Part shown: positions 24,079-36,954 of the stretch, piece by piece
Numbering within the stretch: the first letter of the stretch is position 1
Layout: every line of letters starts with the position of its first letter
Assembly (NCBI GenBank): GCA_024137785.1
Contig: JAHRHZ010000055.1
Coordinates: 7,506,608 to 7,570,607 of the forward strand
Direction of reading: 5' to 3'
DNA: 64,000 nt
From: Ginglymostoma cirratum
Taxonomy: Eukaryota
Position numbers and translations under genes: made by a program
The notes under the pieces: generated by a model
Seen by the model: the letters and a program-made list of their open reading frames with translations, nothing else
What the model was told of the DNA's origin: nothing
Databases searched by the model: none

Positions 24079-25825
24079 ATTAAACTTCTAAAGGACAAAT
24101 TAGCCTTTCAGATCAGCAAGGCGCAGTGCTTTTCTTTTTGGAAAACAATTATTTCTAACAACTTTGAGTTGTTCAAAGTTGATAACTTCCCTTCAGAACC
24201 GACACAATTTTCCCGAATGTGTTAAAATTTAGCATTTTAAATTTGAAGTGTTATCTTACTGAGAGCCAAGGAAGGTCAGCTAGCAGAATGATAGATTAAG
24301 TTAACTTATGTAAGGTAGAAAATGGGTTACAGGCAAGGAGAATTGTTGAGTTTTGAGGTAACACAGGACTCAATGGGGTTTGAGTATTAGCCAAACCGAA
24401 GTTGAAGCAGAGATGAACAATATTATAGTGGTGGGAGTCAGTAGCATTGGTGATCAAGTGAATATGGGAATTGAAATTTGGCTCATGGTCAAAATAAAAG
24501 GCAAAGTTGTGAAGTGTCTGCTTCAAGGCAAAATCACTTCTGTAAAATGCACTGTTAATGTTAGTATAACGCTGCCAGCATACAAATGTATGTTCAAAGC
24601 AATTCCTTAGGGAATCTTTGTACACATTTTATAACTTCAATCATCATTAGTGGGAAGAAGAAGGATAAGAAGAGCAGCAATTCATATTTGTCTCAATAAT
24701 TTCATAATGTTTTCATAGTGTAATGATAGATTTTAATCTATTTACATCAGCATACTTTGTATTCAACAAGTGATCAAAATCGAATTTCACAAAGTCTACT
24801 TCACAGTGATAATCACCCTTAAGATAATTTCATTCCTTGAAAAAAATTATTACATTCCATGATATATGACCAGTTAATTGTTTCACTCCCAATAGAGAGA
24901 GAGACAAAAAAAAATTGCATTTTAACTATTAATGAGACTTCAATCAAAAAGGTGACTGACTGGGGTATAATCTGGATCACTGTTATTTACTCACTGCTTG
25001 CTTAACAATAATAGTCTAAGACCATGACGCTGTGGACTAGGTCCCATGATGAAGTATGACAATGGAATCCTGGGCAGCAGGAAGACATTGATTGATTTGG
25101 GATAGAACACAAGAAAATACAATTGAATCTCCTCAATCTTGTATTAAAAACTCTCCAGATCCCACACTATACATAACTTACTGGAGTTCCACCATCTCCA
25201 AAATCACTAATTGAGCCTTTGATACTGCTGGAAATTCAGTGTAAACTTAATTGCTCTTTGATGAATTGCAAGGGAAGTAATATGTTGTATAAATTTGATT
25301 GATCTTTATAAAGTGCAGATGGATAAGTTTCTTTGCATATTTTATCAAGAACTGCAAGGCAATAGCTTGCTCGGTTCACCTTGCAAAACTACACTTTTTT
25401 GCATCACTTGAGTGGAATAGAGACCTTGGTGTAATGTTTTTGTTTTATTCACTCACGGAATGTGGACCAGCATTAACCAAGTTAAACAAACTAAATTGTG
25501 CTATTTCAATTCAACTTAGCATATGACATCTCAGTTGGTTTGACTCTTTTTTGAGTCAAGATCATATGGAGCTGGCAGAAGGCATATAAAACAGGCATGT
25601 AACACTAACCTGCTTGTGTCCTGCCCAGCAGTTTAGACTAAAATGACCCCTCCTCTGTCAGAATCACATATCCATAGGTAAGACTACATCACTCAGGAGA
25701 CATGATTAAAAAGCATTTTATTAGGATATATTTACCTAATCTTTTACCAATGTATTTACAAAGATTCTGGCCATGGATCAGTTTCATTCTGGATTTTATT
25801 TAATATAAATAAAACTTAAATCAAG

Positions 25826-25930
25826 TGGACTTCAGCGGCTCAAGAAGGTAGCTCAGCACTACCTTCTCAAGGCCAACTCGTGATGGGCAATAAATGCTGG
25901 CCCAGTCAGCAACATTCTATGGACAAATAA
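25826..25930 (+). mobile_element. CR1-group LINE 3' end
   Basis: CAGCGGCTCAAGAAGGTAGCTCAGCACTACCTTCTCAAGG...AATAAATGCTGGCC. Confidence 0.7.
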
Positions 25931-25987
25931 AACAATGTAAAACTCTCCATAGAGACTGAATGAAGATAGATTACTTATCTATATTGG

Positions 25988-26490
25988 ATAGGAAAGATGT
26001 TGTGAAACTTGAAACGGTTCAAAAATGATTTGCGTGGCTGTTGCCAATGTTGGAGGGTTTCAATTATAGGGAGAGGCTGAATAGGCTGGGGCTATTTTCC
26101 CTGGGGCATTGGAGGCTGAGGGGTGACTCTGTGGAAGTTTATAAAATCATGTGGGGCATGGATAAGGTGAATAGCCAAGTGTAGGAGTCCAAAACGAGAG
26201 GGCATAGGTTTAAGGTGCGAGGGGGAAAAATTTAAAAGGACCTAAGGGGCAACATTTTCATGCAGAGGGTGGCCATGTGTGGAATGAGCTGCCAGAGGAA
26301 GTGGTGGAGCCTGGTATAATGACAACATTACAACAGGTGTCTGGACGTGTATATGAATAGGAAGGCTTTAGAGGGATAAGGACCAAATGCTGGAAAATGG
26401 GACTAGATTAATTTGGGATATCTGGTCAACATGGACGGGTTGGACTGAAGGGTCTGTTTCCATGCTGTATTGCTCTATAACTCTATGGCT
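25988..26490 (+). mobile_element. CR1/HER1 3' fragment
   Basis: KDVVKLETVQ..., GGCTGAGGGGTGAC, GGAATGAGCTGCCAGAGGAAG, tail GCTCTATAACTCTATG. Confidence 0.9.
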
Positions 26491-28439
26491 ATATGTCAAT
26501 TGCATCTGAAAAGGTGTATAGACCTTAATTAGAGCAAATTTCAATCATTTTCTTGTATGTTATTAGAAATACTTTGTCATACTGGGATGAGCTGAACCTA
26601 GTGTTTGGCAAAGTCACCCAGCTAGATGTATTATCTATACAATGTTAAATCAATTAAACCATGGTTGAAAACGGTGGGGTAGTGCTTAAGCATGAAGTAT
26701 ATTTTTATTGTGACTAAAAGTGCTGACAATGGTTTGAATGTAAAATCATTTTTAATATTAGACATAGTGAGGGTTTGCAGTTTCTTGTGTCAGTGAGAAG
26801 ATGAATACCGGTACCATTTGAGAATGTCAGTACATTCACTTATAATTACGTGCTGAAAGAAACTAAAATCGTCATAAGTCCTTTAATAAACCCCTGTGGA
26901 AGTAAAACAGGGTGTTCAGTATTCCTCTTTGGTAGGTATTAGATGGGTCATTATTCTTTTTGTCTCATCACTTCATAAGCCTGGTAACATTAATATTCCT
27001 CTAATGTGCTTGAATATGCATTGAGCCCAGTTAACTATGGAAATTTTATTCATCTTGACCTGTCAGAATTGTTCGCTCGGTGGGTCATCCAAAAGAACAA
27101 TAGAACAAAATGTCGCAGTGCTCCTCAAATCTTGGTTGAATCTCATTGGAATCTTGGCATTTACTCTAATGCAATGGATTTCTAGGCAGTTCATTTAGTG
27201 ATCATTGTACTGCCACAGACAGCATCCCTAGCTTTTCAGAGAATTGTTTACTGGAATACAGGAGTAACTTCAAAGAACCATGGTTTGATAAAGTTTCCTA
27301 ATTCAATTATATTGTCACTTTTTAACATTTATTTGCAGGCAGATATTTTAGCTGACTAGAAACTCCATTTGTAATAAATTAATGAATGAGTTCACCCTTT
27401 CCTTTAATGGTCCTCATACCCAATCACAGAGAACAACAACCTCGAAATCACTGGCATTGATCATTTTCTTTGAATCATTTGCAGTCTCTGTCAGCAGTGT
27501 CTGGTGTTTCAAAGTTGATAAGCTTTTGACCCAAGGCTAGTCAGGTCTCTCAAGGAGTTAAATACTTAATTGCTAGACAGAAGGTCACAGGTTCATGTCT
27601 CAAGTCTGCCTGGCACACCCTGCAACTAGTTCTGTGAGTTTTCTTTTCAAATTCCAGCTGAACTATTAAAAGGAACTCTTGGTCAAGGTCAATGGTGGTC
27701 AGGCTTGACATCATTGAGAACAGAAGCAACCTGGGAACCAATAACTGGCTCAACCTTCCAAAATGGCTTTGACTGATCATGATCAGAAAGAAGGCATTAC
27801 TCTGAATAGCGACAATTAGCTATGGTAATGCAAATAAAGTATGTAAAGACACAAAACTAGAGATTTTATGTTGCAGATATTAATAGTGAGTTAGTTTCTG
27901 GATCTTTGTTGCTGTATATATGATTAACAATTGTCCTGAGTGGAAGATCTGAGGCAAACGGGTTCAAAATCCAGGCCAGTGTCAAGCAAGTATGCGTGAC
28001 AGCCCACGTACTATTTACAAAACAATGAACAGTGATTATCTATCTTAATATAGGCCACTTGCCCTCTAGCGTCATTATCAAATATCGCTCTTTGGATTAA
28101 TCTTTGTTGCCCCCATACCAAAACTAATCAATAGCCCATAAGGTGACCAATGTGTGCCCAAGTGAAATTTATATTCCTACTCTGCAATGTATTTTATATG
28201 AGAGAAATTAAATGTGACTGGGACCGCTGTTGCTGTATTTTAAGCTTTCAAAGAATTTTGACTCCTTAGTAAAAGTATTGGGCAGAAGATTGCCAGAATG
28301 GATCATTGTAGTATGGCCCATTAGTTGTATTTTCATGCGTATGTTTCAGATCAAAAGAGTTTTTCTGGAAATGTGAGCTGATTACAATGGAAACAGGATG
28401 TCTGGGATCTCAATGAACGATAGAATGAACAGTGTATCT

Positions 28440-28900
28440 CTTTAATCATTGATATTCAGAGGAAGGACTAGGGAGGAAGCTGTATTGGAAGCAAAATATA
28501 TACAGAAGGAGCAACAAAGAATTAAAATTGGATTGAGACAGAGAAAAGAAGCAGAAAGAGTCGAAGACAATTCTGAATTTAAAATTCAACATTTTAAAAT
28601 GCTCAAAGAACAATGTAATGCTCAAAGGAATGACACTCCATTGTTTAATTTGTTTACTTTCTGAATAAAAATGTTTGATTATTAATGGATTGGATTTTTG
28701 TATCATTAATGGTTTTGTCATCAAAAAGGCGTATACTTGTGCTCTTAACTTCTAGACATAATTTTCTGTGGAAAATGAACACGCAAATCTAGCAAGTTCT
28801 TAAAAATAATGGCAAAGCTACAGCAGGATGTTGCTTGTGCAAAGCAAGTTGTGGAAATATGCAACCTGTGTCATATATCTCAATGTGAATTTGTTGGGTA
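28440..28900 (+). repeat. old dispersed purine-rich repeat (related copy ~59050-59360)
   Basis: Purine tract followed by AAGGAATGACACTCCA versus GAAGGAAATGGGCTTCA in both places; judged by eye. Confidence 0.4.
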
Positions 28901-29438
28901 ATTGGCATATAAATAATGGTGTGCATTATTAACATGTCACTATTTTCCTGACACAGAATGGCCTGGTGCTTTGCTTTGATAATAATTCCAAAAATTGTGT
29001 GACACTGTTGGAACCAGGCCTCCATGACATCATTTACCAGGGCACAATGTAAGTAGAGGGAAAGACATCCAACAGATGACAAAGAAAATGCAGAAAGCTA
29101 AAAGCTATTTTTCTCCTTAACACATGGCCCCAGAAGATTTAGTAATCATTTATTTTACATGTTATACTACTAAAACATCCTGTTTGTTGCTAATCGGACA
29201 GCTGTACATCCAATTTCCACTTCTACGAATGGTTCTGCTTCTTTCCAAATATATTTTTCACCATTTTTTAAAATCCAGGTTGTTAAATAAAAAGCATGGG
29301 GCTGGATGAACACAGCAGGTCAAGCGGCATCATAGGAGCAGGAAAACTTGACGTTTCGGGCCTAGACCCTTCATCAGAAATGGGGGAGGGGAAGAGGGTT
29401 CTGAAATAAATAGGGAGAGAGGGGGAGGCGGATAGAGG

Positions 29439-30569
29439 ATGGATAGAGGAGAGGATAAGTGGAGAGGAGGCAGACAAGTCGAAGAGGCGGGGATGGAGCC
29501 AGTAAAGGTCATCCACTTCACCAACACCTTCCACCCCAACCTGAAGTTCACCTGGACCATCTCCAACACTTCTCTCTCCTTCTTGGACCTCTCTGTCTCC
29601 ATCTCGGGTAACCACCTAGAAACCGATGTCCATTTCAAGCCCACTGACTCCCACAGCTACCTGGAATACACCTCCTCCCACCCACCTTCCTGCAAAAATG
29701 CCATCCCCTATTCCCAATTCCTTCGCCTCCGCCGCATCTGCTCCCAGGATGAGACATTCCACTCCCGTACATCCCAAATGTCCTCATTCTTCAAGGACCG
29801 CAACTTCCCCTCTACAGTGGTCGAGAACGCCCTCGACCGTGTCTCCCGCATTTCCCGGAACACATCCCTCACGCCCCGTCCCCGCAATAACAACCAAAAA
29901 AGAATCCCCCTCGTCCTCACATACCACCCCACCAACCTCCGGATCCAACGCATCATCCTCCGACACTTCCGCCATCTGCAATCAGACCCCACCACCAAAG
30001 ACATTTTTCCCTCCCCACCCTTATCTGCCTTCCGGAGGGACCACTCCCTCCGCGACTGCCTTGTCCGCTCCACACTTCCCTCCAGCCCCACCACACCCGG
30101 CACTTTTCCCTGCAACCGCAGGAAGTGCTACACCTGCCCCCACACCTCCTCCCTCACCCCAATCCCAGGCCCCAAGAAGACTTTCCACATCAGGCAGATG
30201 TTCATCTGCACATCTGCCAATGTGGTATACTGCATCCGCTGTACCCGTTGTGGCTTCCTCTACATCGGGGAAACCAAGTGGAGGCTTGGGGACCGCTTTG
30301 CAGAACACCTGCGCTCAGTTCGCAACAAACAACTGCACCTCCCAGTCGCGAACCATTTCAACTCCCCCTCCCATTCCTCAGATGACATGTCCATCCTGGG
30401 CCTCCTGCAATGCCACAGTGATGCCACCCGAAGGCTGCAGGAACAGCAAATCATATTCAGCCTGGGAACCCTGCAGCCCAATGGTATCAATGTGGATTTC
30501 ACAAGTTTCAAAATCTCCCCTCCCCCAACTGCATCCCAAAACCAGCCTAGCTCATCTCCACCTCCCTAA
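29439..30569 (+). CDS. PLE ORF remnant: RT C-terminus/thumb, Cys linker and GIY-YIG endonuclease (376 aa)
   Basis: HPNLKFT..SLSFLDL, HPPSCKNAIPYSQFLRLRRICS, linker CNRRKCYTC, NVVYCIRCTRCGFLYIGETK, RFAEH, VANHF, QEQ, GIN; no YxDD; the first ~24 aa come from the inverted pLTR. Confidence 0.9.
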   Translation: MDRGEDKWRGGRQVEEAGMEPVKVIHFTNTFHPNLKFTWTISNTSLSFLDLSVSISGNHLETDVHFKPTDSHSYLEYTSSHPPSCKNAIPYSQFLRLRRICSQDETFHSRTSQMSSFFKDRNFPSTVVENALDRVSRISRNTSLTPRPRNNNQKRIPLVLTYHPTNLRIQRIILRHFRHLQSDPTTKDIFPSPPLSAFRRDHSLRDCLVRSTLPSSPTTPGTFPCNRRKCYTCPHTSSLTPIPGPKKTFHIRQMFICTSANVVYCIRCTRCGFLYIGETKWRLGDRFAEHLRSVRNKQLHLPVANHFNSPSHSSDDMSILGLLQCHSDATRRLQEQQIIFSLGTLQPNGINVDFTSFKISPPPTASQNQPSSSPPP

Positions 30570-30821
30570 CCTGTTTTTCCTCTCACCTCAAGCCACATCC
30601 CCATCTCCTATCTACTAACATCATCCCGCCCCCTTGACCTGTCCGTCCTCCCTGGACTGACCTATCTCCTTCCTACCCCCCTACCCACACTCACCTTTAC
30701 TGGCTCCATCCCCGCCTCTTCGACATGTCTGCCTCCTCTCCACCTATCCTCTCCTCTATCCATCCTCTATCCGCCTCCCCCTCTCTCCCTATTTATTTCA
30801 GAACCCTTTTCTCCTCCCCCA

Positions 30822-30855
30822 TTTCTGATGAAGGGTCTAGGCCCGAAACGTCAAG
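30822..30855 (+). ncRNA. minimal hammerhead motif in pLTR (mirror copy on - strand at 29347-29380)
   Basis: ttt-CTGATGA-a-GGGTCtaGGCCC-GAAA-CGTC-aag; predicted GUC cleavage triplet; ACGT palindromic stem III. Confidence 0.8.
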
Positions 30856-31499
30856 TTTTCCTGCTCCTATGATGCTGCTTGACCTGCTGTGTTCATCCAG
30901 CCCCATGCTTGTTATCTCGGATTCTCCAGCATCTGCAGTACCTTTTATCTCTGATACAATTATCTTTGTTAAATAAAAAGTTGGCTACATATGGCTATTA
31001 CCAGAATCACCAGGAAACAGCTGCTTTTTAACAAAGAACAGTTTACTGTACCAGACCTATTGCCTCACCACTTGGCATGCATTAGTAACATTTGTTTCTA
31101 ATTTTACTGAGTATAAGATTTTAGTTTATTGATGCGCTTTTTCCACCATAAATAGCAATTGCTTTCTCTACAAACCAAAACACAGTGGGAGACTTTCAAG
31201 AAAGTAACTTATTTGATGGAAAAGCTAAGATGGATTGGGTGTTTGGACAGGACACTTTATTCGTTACTTCTAAAGTTTAATGTTTTCAATAGGAACCATA
31301 ACAACTCCTTGGTCAGTAAACAATTTTCAAATAGCTGAAGGCTTCAAACTCAGCTGCACTAAAAACAAAATGGAACTTGTTCAATTTGCTGAATTGGCCC
31401 ATTTAAATTCAGGAATTGATTGGGTTTTTTATATTTTCAGCTATATGTGAAGCACTATTCGGGTACTACTGCATTGTTTTGACGAGCATCTGTGGAGTA

Positions 31500-31802
31500 G
31501 AATTATAGAATCCCGACAATGTGGAAGCCAGGCTGTTTGGCCTATCAAGTCTATACCACCCCTCCAAAGAGCATCCTATCCAGACCTACTCTGTAACCAT
31601 TTCCCATCGCTAATCCACCTAGGCTGCACATGGCTGTCGGTTTAGCATGGCCAATCCACATAATCTACACGTCTGGACTGTGGGAAGCAAACGGAGTCCC
31701 TGAAGGAAACCCACGCAGACAAAGGCAGAATGTGCAAAATCCAAACAGACAGAGGTCTCTGGCATTATGAGGCAGTAATACTTATCACTGAGCCATCGTG
31801 CC
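31500..31802 (-). mobile_element. HE1/V-SINE
   Basis: GGAAACCCACGCAGACA..AGAATGTGCAAA; antisense to 17506-17806. Confidence 0.85.
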
Positions 31803-32159
31803 AATTAAGGGGGACTTGAACCGATATCACATAGTTTGGAGGCAGCGAAACTACCATTGTGCGACAAGAGCCATTTTGCACTTGTTAAGACTTAGGAGAT
31901 TCTGAAAGTTCTTGGGTACATTAACAAAAAGAAATGTTTCCATTAATTGGCAAATCAAGAGACATGGAATTATTATTATTAGATGAAAGTTGGATATTTT
32001 TCAATTGGTGAGCTACCAGAGATGATCTATTTTCTATAAATGGTGACTGAAGCAGTTTATAATACCAGTAAGAGAATGATTATGAAAGGATACTGATAGA
32101 AAAACATAATGAGATTAGAGACTGAAGAGCTAGTGCCAGTAACCTTGCAAAAGCTACTG

Positions 32160-32447
32160 GGAAGAATGTCCATTTCATCAAGGGGCCTAGAACAAGAGGG
32201 TACAGTTTCAAAATAAGAATCTCCCATTTAAATGAAAATGAGGAGGAATTTCTTCTCTCAAAGAGTCAATAATATTTGGAATTCTCTTCCCCAGTGGAGC
32301 CATTGAATATATCCAAGGCTGACTTAGACAGATTTTTGATTGACAAGGGAGTCGCAGGTTACGGGCGACAAGCATGATATTATTGACTGGCAGAGCAGGT
32401 GTGAAGGGCTGAATGGTCTACTGATGTCCCTTTTTAACGTTCTTATC
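32160..32447 (+). mobile_element. CR1 3' fragment
   Basis: ATGAGGAGGAATTTCTTCTCTCAAAGAGT...GGGCTGAATGGTCTACT. Confidence 0.85.
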
Positions 32448-33894
32448 GTCTGACTGGTTTCCTTCTGTGCTGCCACTGAGTCTATGATAGCACTCTCAAA
32501 CTCTCCTAAAGTGCTTTGTGTAATGAACTTTTTTTTGATGAGTAGTGACGGATATTCTAGTAAACGTTGGCTCCATCTTGCCCCTTGCATAAACTCCATA
32601 AACAGCCTGTTCATGTGGTTATTTTTGAGGCATTGGGCAGGCCAAGAATACTGTGGTTGACTTCAGAAGAACTGTCTGAATAATATCATGGTGACCTCAA
32701 GAAAAAAATGAATCTACAGACAGGGAACTCGATCATTACTACCAAACCATTTACGGAATAGTCTGCTGGATGTTATGTTGGAATTTAATATCAAGGACAG
32801 AACTTACCATGACACAAATAAAATCACTTGCTCAGTGCTCTTCTTCCAGGTTGACTGTTGATTAATTATTCTGAGTTACATTGTGAAAATGGAACAGACT
32901 CATATTATGTGGAGCTCAAGTACTGTTGTCAGAATTTAATTTGATTTAAGCAGAGTGGAGTAAAATCAAGCATGAGTTCAAAAATGATGAATTAAAAATC
33001 TCACATCATTGAATAATAATCAACACATTCACCAGCAAAATATACCTCCCCACAATAGTTAAAATGCAGAGCCCTTTTCTCCATTATCTGTAACATTTAG
33101 ACAGACTCTATTTCCTCAGAAAAGAGACTTCTTTTTAAAAGAACTCTGTGAAAATAAGATTCTGTTGTGACTTGATTATATAATCCTCTCATTCACACAC
33201 AGAAATACATTTAGAGAGCTTGTCCATCCCAACGAAGTTTTTCTCTACTCAATCCCCTGGATGCTGAATCACTAATTTGAATCTTATTTGCAATTATAAA
33301 CATGATCAATAGTCACTCTTTGTCTGTGTAACTAATAGCATTCCACTCACACAACAAAGATCAGCATTATCCCATCATCACTTAGGGATTCTGCTGGTAA
33401 ACTGAATTCAGATTGAAAGGAAATGTAACCCACAGAAAATGTGTCCTTGAACAAAAACATGGGAATAGAGTTGTTGTTTACTGTGTGTGTGAGTGAGGGC
33501 TATGAATTTTAATTTGTCCAGGCCACAGAGCAGTCCAGTGGCAGATTGATAGGATGGAATGATAGGACATGAGGTAGCAGGCTTGCTGGTAGAACGGAAT
33601 AGACTAATCTGAGCTGACATCATGATTCCCCACATTGCCGAGTTTCTGATCACAACTGTGGCATCTGAAAGAGACATTGAGGAAGGGGAAGGGAAATATA
33701 ATTGCAACAGAAGTAGTCGGGTTCCATTGTCACAATTTGCAGTGGATTGAGGGAGGGAGCAGTACAGATCTTAGATTGTAGAAGATATTATTTGAGGAAT
33801 AGTTCATGGAGTAGATTTAAGGTAGAAAAGGGAATATTGTATTTTTGAGATTGAGGACGGAAAGGTGTTAATTTAATTAGCTTAAACTCATTGC

Positions 33895-34030
33895 TACTGT
33901 CAAGCTCACTGGTGCTATCAAGAGACCTGTCAAAATGTGCTGTCCAGAGCCGCGACAAAAATTGTCAACAGAACTGTCAAAGGCAGCTAACACACTGTCA
34001 ATGCATTTAAAACTCCTGACCTTTAAATAT
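33895..34030 (+). repeat. TGTCAA-rich degenerate tandem array
   Basis: 5 exact TGTCAA in ~105 bp, followed by TCCTGACCTTTAAA. Confidence 0.6.
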
Positions 34031-35019
34031 TTCAAAGTAAAACACTGCTGAAATTTCAGTGTTTGCTATTATACTCTGCCTGTTGACATAAGCCTGAGGA
34101 TTATGCTTGGATGGTTCACTCAACAACTTTTCATTCGCATAGCATAGTGCGTCTAGATTCATTATTTGATTGAGAGCTCCAAGTACATATAAACTCATTG
34201 GAGTGGAAATATGAATTCCAGTGTTTCTTTTTATTAGGGAGTAAAGAAGTTAAATGTACTGAATGGATTTTTAATCAATGAAAGTGTTTCTTTTTGAAAT
34301 GGTGAAGTAATTAAAAGAGATTTATGAAATTTGTTCAGTCATAACGTGTTCCCTGAGGTAGATAGCAGGTGAGTTAGCACGGTAGGGTAAGGACAAAGGC
34401 TAGTTAGTTATGTGCTTGGCTTGTCATGAAGGGAAAAAGGGCTATAATGGGTCATAGGGATTGTGAAGCATGGCATTGATTAGCATAGGAGTGATGAGTT
34501 ACCTTAGGGTAAGGGGAATCATGAAGTTGCATGGATTGTGTGAATGGCACGTGAGGTCTGTGCGCAGATGTGCAGAGGGGGTGTAACAGAATAAGCTGAA
34601 TTTTTTTGGTTTATCGTTTATTTTCATTGCTCCAACAAAGTGCTTGTGCACCAGGGTAGGCCTTCCACCCAGCTTGCTTCCTCACTTGGCACCCTCTACC
34701 CTTTTTCTGACTGCCATAACTCCCATAAAACCTGGTCTCTTGGAATGAAAATGTAATATTCCTGGCTACATTTTCCCACATTGGATTTTCAGAGCCAGGA
34801 ATTATCCTGATTCAGTTCTTCTGCCAAGAATGCTACCAACCGAGCCACAGTTGGCAAACAATGCTGATGTCCTACTATGTGATGCTAAAAGGCTCTCTGA
34901 GGCAAGGTTGGTAGGATGCTAGCCATAATAATTATTCCCATCACACTGTAGAATTCTGGTGTGGGTACAAAATTCAGTGGGAATGCAGGATAACAGGTAT
35001 CAGCCATAAATCACTGGGA

Positions 35020-35320
35020 GCACTTTAGCCTTTAGACTCAGATGGTCAAGAGTTCATGCATCATTTCAGGAAATCACATTACCTTTGCTGGAACTGCACA
35101 CTACTCATGGAATACCACAGGTACAACTTAGTTTTGTTTGGGTATGATCTTAAACTTAGGACCACCTGCCCTCTCAGATGGATGGCAAAGATTTGACAGT
35201 AGTGTTTAAAGAAAAGCAACGTACTGCCCAACATGTATCCTTGACCAACACTAAAACAGGTGACCCATCACTTGTGTCTTGCTGTTTGTACATTTTCTGA
35301 TATTACAACTGTGATCATTC
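35020..35320 (+). mobile_element. Deu-domain SINE, decayed
   Basis: CCTGCCCTCTCAGATGGATGGCAAAGAT; tRNA-like head near 35020-35065. Confidence 0.6.
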
Positions 35321-35432
35321 CGGGGTGCTAAGGTCAATTTCCTACTGCTGCTTGGTTCAGTAAAATCATAATAAATCCTTGTACCATCTACACTGCTATA
35401 GCTAAAGTACTCATTAAATAAATTCACTATAT

Positions 35433-36254
35433 CATACAGTCATAGAGTAATAGAGTCATATAGCTCTGAAACAGTCCCTTTGGTCCAACCAGCACAAGCC
35501 AACCATAATCCCAAATTAAACTAGTCCCACTTGCCTGCACTTGGCCTACATCCCTCCAAACATTTCTTATTCATGATCTTATCCAAATGACTTTTAAACG
35601 TCGCAACTGTACCTGCGTCCACCACTTCCTCTGGAAGTTCATTCCACACAAGAACCTCTCTCTGTGTAAAAAGGTTGCCCATCATGTCTTTTGTAAGTCT
35701 TTCTCCTCTCACCTTAAAATTATGTCCCTTAATCTTCAAATCCCTCACCCTGGGGAAAAGACACCTGCCATTCACCTTATCTATATCTCTCATGGCTTTG
35801 TAAACTTCTGTAAGATCACCCCTCAACTTCCTACTCTCCAGTGAAAAATGTCCCAGTCTATTCAGCCTCTCCTTACAAATTAAACCCTCAATTCCCGCCA
35901 ATATCCTGGTAAATGTTTTCTGAACCCTCTCCAGATTAATAATATCCTTGCTATAACAGGGTGACCAGACTGAACACAGTACTCCAGAAGGGGCCTCACC
36001 AACATCCTGGACAACCTCAACATGACGTCCCAACTCCTATGCACAAATGTCTGAGCAATGAACGCAAGTGTGCTAAATGCCTTCTTAACCATCCTGTCTA
36101 CATGTGTCCCAAACTTCATAGAATTATGTACCTGAACACCTAGGTCTCTCCGTTTCACAACACTACCCAAGGCCCTACTTTTAATTGTATAAGTTCTGCC
36201 CTTGTTTGTTTTACCAAAACACAATACCTCATATTTATCCAAATTAAACTCCAT
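35433..36254 (-). mobile_element. CR1/HER1 3' half
   Basis: MEFNLDKY...RDLGVQVH, VRPLLEYCVQ, WNELPEEVV; (CATAGAGT)n tail. Confidence 0.95.
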
Positions 36255-36338
36255 GAAAGAAGTCTTCTGCTTTCAACAACTATCAGCTCAGTGTCTTTAT
36301 TAGCAACGTCCTCTGATATTGCTCCTGGTCAGCTTAGT

Positions 36339-36701
36339 GGGGAGGCAATGGCCTAGTAGTACTTTTGTTAAACTATTAATTCAGAACCTCAGCTAATATT
36401 CTGGGAATGGAGTTCAAATCCCACCACAGCAGATGATGGAATTAGAATTTAAACTGAAACCATCTGGAATTAAGAGTCTAATAATGACCATGAACCCATT
36501 GATGATTGTTAGAAAAACCCATATGGTTCTTTAATTTCTTTAAGGGAAGGAAATCTGCTGTCCTTACCTGGTCTGGCTTACATGGAACTCCAGATCCACA
36601 ACAATGTGGTTGACTCTTAACTGTCCTCTGGAGAATTAGGAATGTCTAATAAATGCTGGCCTAGTCAAAGTCGCCCACATCCCGTGAGTGAATAAAAAAA
36701 A
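36339..36701 (+). mobile_element. tRNA-headed SINE with CR1-group LINE tail
   Basis: A/B-box-like TGGCCTAGTAG and GAGTTCAAATCCC; ends AAATGCTGGCC...CCCACATCCCGTGAGTGAATAAAAAAAA; copy at 53823-54170. Confidence 0.85.
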
Positions 36702-36954
36702 TCCTGCTTAGTGCTTTTACCAGATTATTTACTTCGCCTAATATTAATTGATTATTGGTCCAGAAGTGTTTTGTTTGGTATCTTTTAAGTTGCTGAGCTG
36801 TTCTTATTAAGTGGGAGAGAAGTAATGCATTCTAGTATCCCGTTGATTGTAAACATTCCAGTGTTTGGTGAGTGAGTCACTCATCATGTCAAATCTAGAA
36901 TCAACAAAGGATTTATACAAACCGTCGATTTGTGGAGAAGGTCTAACACTATTA

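Larger units (their letters stand above)
29292..30965 (+). mobile_element. 5'-truncated Penelope-like retroelement (probable Neptune clade) with inverted 5' pLTR
   Basis: 218-bp inverted arms 29292-29509 and 30693-30910; 15-bp TSD TTGTTAAATAAAAAG at 29280-29294 and 30966-30980; coding body between them. Confidence 0.95.

Noticed and set aside
28449-28670. Coiled-coil-like ORF followed by AATAAA
   Set aside because: It lies in a purine-rich dispersed repeat also seen near 59050-59360; the charged composition follows from the purine bias
29626-30618. 330-aa Pro/Ser/Thr-rich overlapping ORF
   Set aside because: It is the +1 frame of the PLE ORF; the strong C bias at third codon positions suppresses stops, and it has no domain signature
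5248-30965. All four young PLE insertions share one orientation
   Set aside because: n=4 is too small, and older family-2 copies occur on both strands
5214-30976. Recurrent ORFs MSASSPPILSS.../MDRGED...
   Set aside because: They are translations of the low-complexity PLE pLTR copies, not a gene family
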